Source: an uncultured virus (IMG/VR IMGVR_UViG_3300046000_006880) (taxonomy: Duplodnaviria > Heunggongvirae > Uroviricota > Caudoviricetes). Taken from it: DNA of 64,000 nucleotides. This document shows positions 15,879 to 26,100 of this stretch, in pieces. Position 1 is the stretch's first letter. The number at the start of each line of letters is the position of its first letter. The position numbers and the translations under genes were made by a program. The stretch is taken from IMG/VR virus record IMGVR_UViG_3300046000_006880. One strand, given 5' to 3'. The notes under the pieces are model-generated. The model saw nothing but the letters and a program-made list of their open reading frames with translations, did no database searches and was not told the DNA's origin.

Positions 15879-17666
15879 TTATAATAAATTGAAATTAACG
15901 AGATAATCCCGAACTTCTTCAGGAATTTCCCGATTATCCAATTCTACCATACGTTGTTCTTGTTCTGCAAGTCGTTGCGATGAACGTGACCAAGTATGAA
16001 TATCAATCTCTAGATTAGTGTTCTTAGGGGTGTGCGATAAAGCACCAAATACCGCACCTGTTACGGCATCCGATAAGTCTTTTGACTTTTTACGTGGGTG
16101 ATCTACCTTTTTATCATTAATAATCTTAAGCTCTGACATTTCATCAAGCAATAAAGGAATTCTTGGCATAGCAACACGCTCTTCATATATCATCATTGCA
16201 AGATCTTCATAATGTTTTTTACCAACAGACACAGTATCTGTTCTTATTCCTACTGCCTGAAGTTCTTGTTGAATATCAAATGACTGCCATCTATCAAACG
16301 TTACCATTCCAAGATTAAAACCTTGTCTGCGAAGGTTTTGAATCCACTGCTTAACCTCAGAAAGATTAACTGGTCCTTCTACTTTTGGCTCCCACCAAAC
16401 CACAGCATCAACAATAATAATTGGAGCAACCTGTTCATAATCTTTAACTACTTGCAAGTTTACCCACTTATCTACATGTGCAATTGCTACTGCACACTTG
16501 TCGTGTTTCTGTGCAAGGTCAGCGTGAACATAGTAAACTTTGTCTGGATCTGGCTTAAATGATTCATCAAACCTTTTATTATTATCAATTGGGTTTCTAA
16601 GAGTCATACACTTTTCAAGTTTATCTTTTTGTTTAAAGAATGCATCGGATGCAAATGTTGGTACACAAGCAAAGCGTTGCATGGCATCTCCCATGTCTGT
16701 AAAGAATGCTAACCTAAAGTCATCTATTTTACGAGTAGGGTTTACTACCCATGTAGGTCTTTTTAATGCAAATACTCCAGGGTATTTATAGGCAATGATT
16801 TGATCTTCATCCCAGGCAATATCTAAATAGTTACCCTCAAGGTCATCTGGGAAATCTGGATTCATAATAAATCTGTGTGTATATGTTATTGCTTCTTTTT
16901 CCATAATTGAATCTTCATATTTTTGTGATATAAAGTCCCCTGGAAAACGTGGGAATGATAGAAGTGCAACCTTACCAAGATCTGGAAAACGAGAGTCAAC
17001 AGATGCACGGAATGCTTTATAAATATTATCAGCAGTTTTTCCTTGATCATTGCCAGTTCCAACTTCTTGTGCAAACCCAGAAATTTCATCAAGTACTGCA
17101 AGTATAAGGTTTAACCCTTCATGTGATTCACGTTCTGAGTGACCAGAATAAACAGTTATTGCTTTATCAAACTCAATGCTTTCAGCTTTTGCATTATACT
17201 TTCCTGCAAACCATTCAGACTTCTCAATCTTGGTTTTAAAACCTTTAAAGAAAACGTTCTTAGCCTGTTGAGCATTAATGGCAACGTTAATAATGTCAAT
17301 AGCATCTCCTGCAGGCTTACCAAAATATCTAGCAGGATCCTTCAAGCATAATAGTTTATATACTATGTATGCACACGCTACAGTTGATGTAAAGTCTTTT
17401 CCAGATCCCTTGCCAAGTTGCAGAATTACTTCATTCTTTGTATATTTTTTATAGTAACGGTGGCCTTCTTCTGCACCCAAAAGATCAACAAGGTCTTCTT
17501 CTCTGTATATTTGGCTCATTGCTTCAACTATGTCGTATTGAACATCTGAAAGTGGTGGCTGATTTAAATATGCTTCACCCTCAACAAATGTTTTAGCATC
17601 TACTGGAAGTTCTTCAAAGTTATTATTTTTTAGTGCCTCAAAAAAATCATTGAACATTGTGGACAA
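15879..17666 (-). CDS. terL: Terminase large subunit
   Basis: Walker A LGKGSGKD, Walker B LAVLDE, RNase H-like nuclease with HADLA, FDRWQS and DH..KKSKDLSDA. Confidence 0.92.
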   Translation of the reverse strand: MSTMFNDFFEALKNNNFEELPVDAKTFVEGEAYLNQPPLSDVQYDIVEAMSQIYREEDLVDLLGAEEGHRYYKKYTKNEVILQLGKGSGKDFTSTVACAYIVYKLLCLKDPARYFGKPAGDAIDIINVAINAQQAKNVFFKGFKTKIEKSEWFAGKYNAKAESIEFDKAITVYSGHSERESHEGLNLILAVLDEISGFAQEVGTGNDQGKTADNIYKAFRASVDSRFPDLGKVALLSFPRFPGDFISQKYEDSIMEKEAITYTHRFIMNPDFPDDLEGNYLDIAWDEDQIIAYKYPGVFALKRPTWVVNPTRKIDDFRLAFFTDMGDAMQRFACVPTFASDAFFKQKDKLEKCMTLRNPIDNNKRFDESFKPDPDKVYYVHADLAQKHDKCAVAIAHVDKWVNLQVVKDYEQVAPIIIVDAVVWWEPKVEGPVNLSEVKQWIQNLRRQGFNLGMVTFDRWQSFDIQQELQAVGIRTDTVSVGKKHYEDLAMMIYEERVAMPRIPLLLDEMSELKIINDKKVDHPRKKSKDLSDAVTGAVFGALSHTPKNTNLEIDIHTWSRSSQRLAEQEQRMVELDNREIPEEVRDYLVNFNLL

Positions 17667-18183
17667 CGGTAATCACTTCCCCATCTTTTGCAACAGATGA
17701 AAGTCTGTACATAATTAGGTCTCTAATGTCTGGATGAGTGGAAGCAATATCTCTAAGAATACCAACTAAAACTTCTTGTCTTTTTTCAATCTCAACTATT
17801 TCTTCTGCAAGTTCTTTGTTTTCAAGAAGGCCTGCTTTTTGTAGCATATCAATTCTTGCTTTTTCAATATCAACAACTAGCTTAATTGCTTGTGTCTTTG
17901 CGCTAAGATTATTTACCATAGAGGCTTCATCAATAACTTCATAAGACTTTGTAATTAATTTACTATAGTGAGCATCCATTGCGGCAAGTGCTTCCTTAGC
18001 ACGAGCACGAATTGCATCATTAGCGGAAGCCATGACTTTCCACTCATTTATAAGTTCTACAACACGAACTCTAGGAATTGCTAATTCTTTAGAAATTCTA
18101 GTTGGGTCAGTTCCTTTAAGATACTCTGAGACAACAGTATTTACCTGATCAAGATGTTTTACTAAATCTTCTTCAGTTGACAT
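17647..18183 (-). CDS. HTH protein, probable terminase small subunit
   Basis: N-terminal HTH (PTRISKELAIPRVRVVELI), helical C-terminus, directly upstream of and overlapping terL. Confidence 0.6.
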   Translation of the reverse strand: MSTEEDLVKHLDQVNTVVSEYLKGTDPTRISKELAIPRVRVVELINEWKVMASANDAIRARAKEALAAMDAHYSKLITKSYEVIDEASMVNNLSAKTQAIKLVVDIEKARIDMLQKAGLLENKELAEEIVEIEKRQEVLVGILRDIASTHPDIRDLIMYRLSSVAKDGEVITVVHNVQ

Positions 18184-18424
18184 ATTTTCCCTCTAGCCTG
18201 TTAATTTCATCCTTGATATAAAATATTGCCTTTTCAAGATCTTGAATTGTTTTTGATTCATCTTTAAGACCTGCTCGCCAGAGATACTTAAAAGCATTAC
18301 CAATATTAAAATTGCGATGGCGAGTAATATCTATACATTCTACGCCTGAAGGATCTGTTGTGTAATGTTGTGGATGATTGACTTGATCAACTGTAATGTT
18401 TAAATTATTACTCAATTGGCTCAT
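18173..18424 (-). CDS. DUF3310-family protein
   Basis: DQVNHPQHY, ECID, FNIGNAFKYLWRAGLK and DLEKAIFY signature. Confidence 0.88.
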   Translation of the reverse strand: MSQLSNNLNITVDQVNHPQHYTTDPSGVECIDITRHRNFNIGNAFKYLWRAGLKDESKTIQDLEKAIFYIKDEINRLEGKYVN

Positions 18425-18536
18425 CCTCTTCTAAATCAAATGCCTCTGGCAAAACTTTAAATATTGTAAGAATATAAGTTATTCCTACTGCTCCAGCAAT
18501 ACCAAGACCAATAATGGTTTTTTGTAACTTGTTCAT
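18408..18536 (-). CDS. Small membrane peptide (42 aa, absent from the ORF track)
   Basis: Hand translation gives MNKLQKTIIGLGIAGAVGITYILTIFKVLPEAFDLEEDEPIE; ATGA-coupled. Confidence 0.65.
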   Translation of the reverse strand: MNKLQKTIIGLGIAGAVGITYILTIFKVLPEAFDLEEDEPIE

Positions 18537-18688
18537 CGTTTTGACTTCCTTAATCCAAACTTAGCAAGATAAACGTAGATAGTTTCTACGCTTGCTCCAC
18601 ACTCTTTGGCAATTTCTTCTGGGGTTTTTTTATCCATAAGATACCTCTTACGCATAAAAACCTCTGATGTATATAGTTTAGCAGCCAT
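18533..18688 (-). CDS. Small HTH DNA-binding protein
   Basis: KTPEEIAKECGASVETIYVYLAKFGLR HTH; start taken as MAAKLY. Confidence 0.75.
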   Translation of the reverse strand: MAAKLYTSEVFMRKRYLMDKKTPEEIAKECGASVETIYVYLAKFGLRKSKR

Positions 18689-18692
18689 ATTA

Positions 18693-19337
18693 TTATTTGT
18701 CAACTTCCGTATTAATAACATCATAGTTGTAGGCATTAGAGTCTTCAAGTATCCACTTATCGTAACTCTCAACATCCCATTTGTTTGTATTAATGAGTCT
18801 TTGTATTACTAGATCTTTCTTTGTTACAAATGATGGCTCCTTTAGCCTTACCCGATTATTTGGCTGTATTGCAAAATTTCCATCATCTCTTTGAATGACG
18901 TGACCACATTTATGCTGACCTGGATTTTCAGAATACCCATCATCTAAAATGTTTGTTTCTGGGTTGTGCCAATCAAGTGTAAATAGGTATGTTCCAGGTA
19001 CAGTTGTCTTAGATCTATCAAGATAGGACATTCTCATGTTACTCAAGTTTTCAAACTTTGTAACTGAAACATATGGACTAAAAGAATTCCAAAGAACAAG
19101 ATTATGAATTGGCTCTTCTGGTACTCCTGGCTTAGTGCAAAAAGCATTAATTGGCATTCTCCACCAGATACCACCGTCTTCCATTAAAAAATGAAATAAG
19201 GGACTTCTACTTTTAATACTTGATACACCAAATATAACGCATGGAAAATATTGATCATGGCTATCTTCTTGGTCTCTTAAAAAATTACCACGGACGTAAC
19301 ACTCTATCGGTGGTATGTTTGCATTTAACTCAGGCAT
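18693..19337 (-). CDS. Conserved phage hypothetical protein
   Basis: LNANIPPIEC, YLFTLDW, HKCGH and GNFAIQPNNR motifs; function unknown. Confidence 0.75.
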   Translation of the reverse strand: MPELNANIPPIECYVRGNFLRDQEDSHDQYFPCVIFGVSSIKSRSPLFHFLMEDGGIWWRMPINAFCTKPGVPEEPIHNLVLWNSFSPYVSVTKFENLSNMRMSYLDRSKTTVPGTYLFTLDWHNPETNILDDGYSENPGQHKCGHVIQRDDGNFAIQPNNRVRLKEPSFVTKKDLVIQRLINTNKWDVESYDKWILEDSNAYNYDVINTEVDK

Positions 19338-19933
19338 TATTTATCAACTCCTATTGCTTTGTCCCAGTTTTTAATAGCCCAATGACCAATACCGCAAGCA
19401 TCTGCAACATCATTGTCTGTAATTGTTCTATCATAAATAGTATTTATAAATTTAATTGTTCTTTGTTTTCGTAGTTCTCTTTCATGAGATTTATACCAAG
19501 AAACAGATTTGCCTGGATTTTGTGCACGGATCAAAAGCTGTTCTTCTTTAGAAATTTTTTTGTTTCCAATATAATTTTGCCATGTGATTGGGGACACCTT
19601 TCCAATAACTTTTGTTCCTGATTGACCTGCTGCTCCTAAAATTGCCCCTTGAACTAAAGCAAGATCTGCAGCAGTCTTAGGACTGTTCATAAAAACAGTA
19701 TGCTCAATTATAACTGCTTCAAATCCATTATAAAAGTCAAGAAATGCTTTTACTTTTTTACCAGCATCCATTACTTTTTCGTATGTGTTATTTCCCTCAA
19801 AGTTAATTTTTCCAATTGCTCCAAGATTATCTTTAGTGTATAAGGCAAATGCAAGGCTGTTTGTGCTTGCATCAATTGCACATATTGTGTCTGGTTGTAC
19901 TTGATACCCCCACTTATTCTTGCTCATAATCAA
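19337..19933 (-). CDS. RuvC-like Holliday junction resolvase
   Basis: CAIDAST (Asp), VIIEH (Glu), DNDVADACGIG (Asp pair) RNase H-fold pattern. Confidence 0.8.
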   Translation of the reverse strand: MIMSKNKWGYQVQPDTICAIDASTNSLAFALYTKDNLGAIGKINFEGNNTYEKVMDAGKKVKAFLDFYNGFEAVIIEHTVFMNSPKTAADLALVQGAILGAAGQSGTKVIGKVSPITWQNYIGNKKISKEEQLLIRAQNPGKSVSWYKSHERELRKQRTIKFINTIYDRTITDNDVADACGIGHWAIKNWDKAIGVDK

Positions 19934-20204
19934 AAAATCCTTTTATTTGTTTTAACATTTTATCAACTTCTTTTTTGCTTATATTACAATTAGAACAAAA
20001 TCCAGAGTCGTTATAGATTGAAAGATCAACACCACAACCGCCCAAACATTTTCTAATTCTTCCAATTCTTTTTTGTCTGCGAGTAATCTGATAGCGTTCT
20101 GCTATTTTTTCTTTTGTAGCGTCGTCTCTACAAGATTCACTACAGTAAATCTGATAAGAAACTTTTGGTGTGAAATATAAGTCACATCTGCTACAAAGTT
20201 TCAC
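19914..20204 (-). CDS. Zn-finger hypothetical protein
   Basis: CSRC, YCSESC, CLGGC and CSNC Cys pairs. Confidence 0.7.
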   Translation of the reverse strand: MKLCSRCDLYFTPKVSYQIYCSESCRDDATKEKIAERYQITRRQKRIGRIRKCLGGCGVDLSIYNDSGFCSNCNISKKEVDKMLKQIKGFFDYEQE

Positions 20205-21024
20205 TCAATTCCTCCAAAGAAGCTATCTTAATTATTCCATCGCCAGCTTCTGCACAAGCTGCTTTTACTGGACATGTCTTACAAATCTTAGAATTTCCAC
20301 GATAGTTTTTAGTAGGAAGTGTTTGATCTTCCCAAGCTTTACGAACTTCACGCATCCAATTAAATGCATAGTCAATCCATTGACGATAACCATCATTTAC
20401 TTCTACAGGAATAATCATTAAGTCATGGTTATTTTTGTTTTCATAAACAAGTGCGCCCTTTGATTTTCCAAGTATCTTCATATAAATAAGTAATTGAATA
20501 AGGTGTGCACCTTTTGGTTTATTTGTTTTCTTTCGGTATTCAAATGCTTCACTCATCATTGTCTTAATTTCACCAACAATTTCTTCGCCTTCCCAATTAA
20601 ACATTACGTCACCGTAACCAAAAATTGGTGGATCATTTGCAATAACCTTAAACTCTGTTGTTTTTTCACCTTTATCATTAATATATGGAACTGCAACTCC
20701 AGAGGACAACATTGCTCCTTGAATTCTTTCATGCCCCATAGTTCCAGCACTCATGTTAGCAACGCCATAGGCATCTGTATAGTCATCAAACACATTACCA
20801 TTAAATGCTAAGTACCAATAACGTGGACATTGCCCATGCTGGTATGCAATAGTAGATGGAGCAAATGTTTTCTTTGTTGTCATCTTTGGACCACGAGATA
20901 CCGTGTATCCAGATCTAATCTTTGTAATCATGTCTTCAGCATTAAAGATTATATTCTGCCTTGTGATGGCTTCTTTCTTATCTGCCTCTTTTAGCATAAC
21001 CTGCTTTAGTAAACTTTTTGTCAT
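20191..21024 (-). CDS. Cas4-like PD-(D/E)XK exonuclease with Fe-S cysteines
   Basis: CPRYWY, GTMGHE, GYGDV..EIKT, QLLIY and C-terminal CKTCPVKAAC. Confidence 0.85.
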   Translation of the reverse strand: MTKSLLKQVMLKEADKKEAITRQNIIFNAEDMITKIRSGYTVSRGPKMTTKKTFAPSTIAYQHGQCPRYWYLAFNGNVFDDYTDAYGVANMSAGTMGHERIQGAMLSSGVAVPYINDKGEKTTEFKVIANDPPIFGYGDVMFNWEGEEIVGEIKTMMSEAFEYRKKTNKPKGAHLIQLLIYMKILGKSKGALVYENKNNHDLMIIPVEVNDGYRQWIDYAFNWMREVRKAWEDQTLPTKNYRGNSKICKTCPVKAACAEAGDGIIKIASLEELSETL

Positions 21025-21057
21025 TTTTATTCCCTTTGTTTATATAAGTATAGCAGG

Positions 21058-21375
21058 TTAGCGCATTATATACTTGAGTGCTGACACCAAGCTATTAATA
21101 GATTCCGCTGCAGTATAGTAAATATTTTTCTTTGCTCTATCATTCTTATCAACATTTGCCATCCAAGTTGCTTTAAAAGCCATCTTTGCTGCAATTGCTT
21201 GTAACCTTACGATCTCAATACTTGCTACTTGCGTTGGAATATCTGGCTTAATAATTACCTTAGCAATAAATGTCAGAGCAGCAGTAAGCTCTTCATCTTG
21301 CATATAATCTGCAATTTCAGTCAAACCGTTTACCATCTCTAGTGTTGTTTTTGCTGGTTCAATTTGTTCAGCCAT
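21058..21375 (-). CDS. Hypothetical helical protein
   Basis: Coupled ORF in the recombination block. Confidence 0.7.
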   Translation of the reverse strand: MAEQIEPAKTTLEMVNGLTEIADYMQDEELTAALTFIAKVIIKPDIPTQVASIEIVRLQAIAAKMAFKATWMANVDKNDRAKKNIYYTAAESINSLVSALKYIMR

Positions 21376-21661
21376 TGTCTTGCCCTTCTGTTAGTTGTTC
21401 TAATAATTCTACTTCTATTACTGCTAAACGAACCTTTGAATCTGCTTCCCCAAGTACAATAAAGATTGCTGGATCATTATGATTTTTGATTGCATCCGTT
21501 ACTGCTTTTGCCCAGATATCTTTATTGATTGTTATACCCTTTGGATATTCCTTAAAGTCAACTGTAAAGTTTCTCCATGTAGCATCACCTTTATGTGTAC
21601 CACGTCCAGAATTCTTGTGCTGTTTGGCACCAATTCTTTTTGACTCACTTCTTTCGCTCAT
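21368..21661 (-). CDS. Small PD-(D/E)XK nuclease, Holliday junction resolvase-like
   Basis: NSGRG..KGDA..VDFKE pattern. Confidence 0.65.
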   Translation of the reverse strand: MSERSESKRIGAKQHKNSGRGTHKGDATWRNFTVDFKEYPKGITINKDIWAKAVTDAIKNHNDPAIFIVLGEADSKVRLAVIEVELLEQLTEGQDNG

Positions 21662-21824
21662 AGTCCTTCTTTGTCATAATTAATGGAACTTTTGAAATAT
21701 GTTTTTTACTGCACATCCAAGTTAGTTCTGCTGTTTGAATCCACAAACGCAAAGACTTTACGTCTTCTTTACATATTTGGCAATTAAAATCACCATTAAA
21801 TATTTTAAATCTTTCTTCAGGCAT
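21645..21824 (-). CDS. Small Zn-ribbon protein (59 aa, absent from the ORF track)
   Basis: Hand translation gives MPEERFKIFNGDFNCQICKEDVKSLRLWIQTAELTWMCSKKHISKVPLIMTKKDYERKK; fills the gap after recA. Confidence 0.7.
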   Translation of the reverse strand: MPEERFKIFNGDFNCQICKEDVKSLRLWIQTAELTWMCSKKHISKVPLIMTKKDYERKK

Positions 21825-22830
21825 TCATTAGCTTATTTCTAAGAGATTCCTGAAGATCAAGATCTTCTTTTACACGGTTGATAAAACCTTCACGACCTTG
21901 TACCTTTGTTCCATCTTCAAGTTTATACCATGCTCCTGTGCGCTCTACAAGTCCCGCAAGTTCTGCGGTATCAACAAGATCTCCAATGCCATCAATACCA
22001 ACATTATCACCACGAAAATAAAAGTCATACTCTCCAGACTGAAATCCAGGAGATGTCTTAGAGAATTGTAATTCCCATTTAATTTTGCGACCAATTTTTT
22101 CTTCAATAAGTTTATCTCCTACTTGAATCTTGCCCTTAATAGCTTGATTATCTGATTCAGAGGAAAATAACTTAATAACAACTGAGGAATAAAACTTAGT
22201 AGCCTGACCGCCAGAAGGCTGCTGACTAGTATACATAGCACTAATATTATTACGAGACTGGCTAATAAGCACAAGCATAGTAGGCTTAACTTTATTATTA
22301 GCATAGTTAAGCATTTTCCATGCATTGCTAAAGTCTCTAGATTCCGCTCCAATTTGTTTTGTATTTTCAAGTTGCTTAAGTTCATCTGTATCCTTTTCAA
22401 AATATATGGCAGGAAGCAAAGATGTAATACTATCTATAACAATAATATCAACTCCTGCATTCATTAGATTTGTTCCTACATCTACCATTTCATTAATTGT
22501 TCTTGCTTGTGAGTAGATTAATTTTGTTGAGTCTACCCCAAGTTTATCAGCCCATGCTGAATCGTATGACATTTCTGCATCAATCCATGCACAAACCTTT
22601 CCTTCTGCTTGCGCTAGAGCAATCATCTGAAGGCACATAGAGGACTTTGCAGAAGACTTTGAGCCCCAAACCAGTACTTGTCTACCATAAGGAAGACCGC
22701 CCTTTAGAGCACGGTTTAAACCAAAACTAGGGGTTGCTGCATATTCAACTTTTTGACCAGTAGCGTCTCCTAAACGCTTGCGAATGCGTGGATCTAATTG
22801 TGCTAATACTTCTTCCATTGTTACTGACAT
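21817..22830 (-). CDS. recA: RecA/UvsX-like recombinase
   Basis: GGLPYGR, Walker A variant GSKSSAKS, WIDAE, IIVIDSI, SGGQATKFYSS and GAWY motifs. Confidence 0.93.
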   Translation of the reverse strand: MSVTMEEVLAQLDPRIRKRLGDATGQKVEYAATPSFGLNRALKGGLPYGRQVLVWGSKSSAKSSMCLQMIALAQAEGKVCAWIDAEMSYDSAWADKLGVDSTKLIYSQARTINEMVDVGTNLMNAGVDIIVIDSITSLLPAIYFEKDTDELKQLENTKQIGAESRDFSNAWKMLNYANNKVKPTMLVLISQSRNNISAMYTSQQPSGGQATKFYSSVVIKLFSSESDNQAIKGKIQVGDKLIEEKIGRKIKWELQFSKTSPGFQSGEYDFYFRGDNVGIDGIGDLVDTAELAGLVERTGAWYKLEDGTKVQGREGFINRVKEDLDLQESLRNKLMNA

Positions 22831-23159
22831 TAAAATCGTACCCCGTGTTTTTCTGGTCTAGTTTTATTGAAGTCTACTTTTTCTCTCAATGCTTGATCAA
22901 GTGATAATCTAGTATACCCTGCTTCTACTGCTCCTGCATATAGATCTAGAGTACGTATAATAATATCTGCAAACTCTTTTGTTATTTCTTCTTCACCTTT
23001 ATCTTTTCTAATTGCCTCCATAACTTCTGTTACTTCAGAAACAATCATCATGCATTGCTTAGCAATAAAAATATCATCAACTTCTTCAGGCCAAAAACCT
23101 TTTTCAACTGCAACCTCATGCAAATTAATTGCTAGATTATCAAATAAATTATCATACAT
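22830..23159 (-). CDS. MazG-like nucleotide pyrophosphohydrolase
   Basis: SEVTEVMEAIRK...KEFADIIIR EXXE/EXXD pattern. Confidence 0.82.
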   Translation of the reverse strand: MYDNLFDNLAINLHEVAVEKGFWPEEVDDIFIAKQCMMIVSEVTEVMEAIRKDKGEEEITKEFADIIIRTLDLYAGAVEAGYTRLSLDQALREKVDFNKTRPEKHGVRF

Positions 23160-26100
23160 TTACTACATCCTCCAATATAACGGTTCCATCTTTAGTCTTA
23201 CCCAAAGAAACTTTATATACATTTCCTTCTTCAATAGTCATATATGCTTTAGAAAATACTGTTGGAAATACAAGAATTGAATGAAGTTCTCTTGCTGCAT
23301 CTGCTACAACAAGATTAGCCATTTTTTTACCAGCCTTGGTCATTCTTGGTTTGAATGAAACTACAAATTGTTCTTCACCTTTATACGGTAATTGTTTATA
23401 ATTTAAAAACTTTACTAATGCATCTTTTGATTCTTTAATGCTATCAGCTGGTATAGCATTTACAATTCTGTTATCACTGACAAGAATTAAATATGTTCTA
23501 CCAGTTTCAATTAATGTATTTTCATCATCAAAAATTCCTACACTTCCAGTTTTATCAAGAAACTCAACTCTTGACCAACCCTTACCACGTTTAATTGATT
23601 TGATCATACCAAGCATAACAAAAGATCCAGTCTCTTCATATTCTTCTGCTTCCTGAATATAAGCATAGTAATGTTGAGGCACCGTCATATTAAACTCAGG
23701 TAGGTTTAAGTATTCGTATAAATTTTCTTTGATTTCTTGATCATTGCGTTCACTGTCAGCAAACGTTGCTGCACCAATTACTCTTAGTGCTTGTAATGCA
23801 CGAGAGTTTACTCCGTTACCTTTTGTGAATGTAAACTCTTCAAGTTCTTTGTATGAACTAAATGGTCGTGCTGCAATATATCTTTCTGCAATTTTATCAG
23901 AAATAAACTTGATAGAACTGAGTCCAAACCTAATGCCTTTACCTTCAATCTTAAAATCCATATCCGAATCGTTAATGTGAGGTAGCTTAACACTAATGCC
24001 CATTCTTTTTGCTTCAATAAGATATTCAGTTCTTGCATCTTTATCCTTTTCATTCTTTAATAGTGAATACATAAACTCAAGTGGATAATGATATTTTAGC
24101 CAAGCTGTCCAGTATGACAGTGTTGAGTATGCTACTGCGTGTGACTTATTAAATGAATACCCTGCGTGGGCCTCAAAGTCATGCCATAAATCTAGTGCTT
24201 GATTTGGAGAAATGTATTGCGAAGCACCTTTAACAAACTGGTCTTTAAAAACATCAAATTCTTTAGCATCTTTTTTCTTACCAATAATCTTTCTAACTTT
24301 GTCTGCTTCAGACATTGACATACCACCAAGTTGTACACATGCTTGCATAACTTGTTCCTGATAAAGAATACATCCATATGTTTCTTCTGTAAATGACTTT
24401 AAGATCTGATGCTTATAGTCTGGGTTTTGACGACCATGCTTGATAGCAATATAATCTTTGCCAATAGTATTCATAGCACCTGGGCGAACCAAAGCGTTTG
24501 ATGCAGATAATTCTTCAAGATTCTTTACACGCATTTTAACTAAAAGGTTTGTGTATGGTGCTGCTTCACACTGAAACACACCTTTTGTATATCCATCAGA
24601 AAGCATAGTATATACATTAGCATCTTCCATATCAATCTTTAATGGATCAATTTTTGTTCCTTCACGCTCTTTAATAATATCAATACAATCTTTGAGTACC
24701 GTTAAAGTTTTAAGACCTAAAGCGTCAATCTTAATTAGGCCAATGTTTTCAGCCTCTCCCATATCTACAGCAACAACAGGAATGCGGTCATCGCTGCCAG
24801 CAACAGAACGTGTTTCCATTGGGGCATACCTAAATATAGGGTCCTTACTAGTAACAACACCTGCAGCGTGAATACCAGTGCCCTTAATTCTTCCACGTAA
24901 TTGTTCACCATACACCTCTACTTCTGGATATTTATCTCTAAACCATTGTGCACTTTTTGACATGCAGTATTCATCCCAAGTATCAATTTGCTTATTTACT
25001 TTATTTGCATCAGCGAGTGGGATATTTAAAACACGAGAAACATCTTTAACAATATTTTTATCTTTAAACTGCATGAATGTAGCAATAGATGCAACATGTC
25101 GGTATTGACGAACAAGATAATCTTTTACTTCATCACGGCGATTATCCTGAATATCTGAATCAATATCTGGAAAGTCATTACGGTCAGGGTTAATGAAGCG
25201 GAAGAACAAAAGACCGTGCTTAATTGGATCAATGTCTGTAATACCTAAAGCATAACAAAGCAAAGATCCTGCTGCAGAACCACGACCTGGGCCAACCATA
25301 ATGCCTTCTTTTTTTGCCCAGTTAAGCATGTTACGGACAACTAGAAAGTAAGGACCAAAATTCTTTTCACCAATAATTTTTAATTCTTCATCAAGACGAT
25401 CAAGATATTCTTTATTATTTTCTAGACCACGTTGAGATAAACCTTCAATAGCAAAAGTTTTTAATTCCTGCATTGGTTTTTTATATTGAACTGGAAGTAA
25501 ATCAAGTCCCGACTTAATATCATATTCTTCAATTTTGTCTGCAATCTCTAAAGAACTTGTAAACATTTCTTCATCTGTATGACCTTGCTCTGCCATAGCA
25601 GATTTCATTTCTTCATAAGACAAAAGGTGAATGTCAAAAGTTCTAAATGACATTTTACGATCTTCGCCATATAAATAATCTAGACGCTCCATCATGTTGT
25701 TAATTTTCTTTGACTTGTCAAATGTTGATTCTTTTAATACTTTGCCATGCGTATTAAGCAGAAGCATCATTTCTTGAATTTCTTTTTGACTTGTATCTGC
25801 ATGGTGACAATCGGGGGTAACTACTACTTTTACATTAAATGCTTTGGCAAGTGCTACAAGTTCATCATTAATATTCTTTGGATTATGAGGCATCAATTCA
25901 ATATAAAAGTCATCTTTAAAACGATTCTTAAACCATTGAACCTTTTCTTTTGCAAATGCATACTCTTCATTCTCAATAGCTTTTGCAATAAGTCCACCCT
26001 GACATGCAGACAATACAATTAATCCATCTCCGTATTGATCTAATACTTCAAAATCAATTCTTGGTTTTCTATAAAAACCATCTGTCCATGCAATTTCATT

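Noticed and set aside
20191..21024. Cas4-like gene as evidence of a CRISPR-Cas system
   Set aside because: Stand-alone Cas4-like exonucleases are common in phage recombination modules; no cas1, cas2 or array is present.
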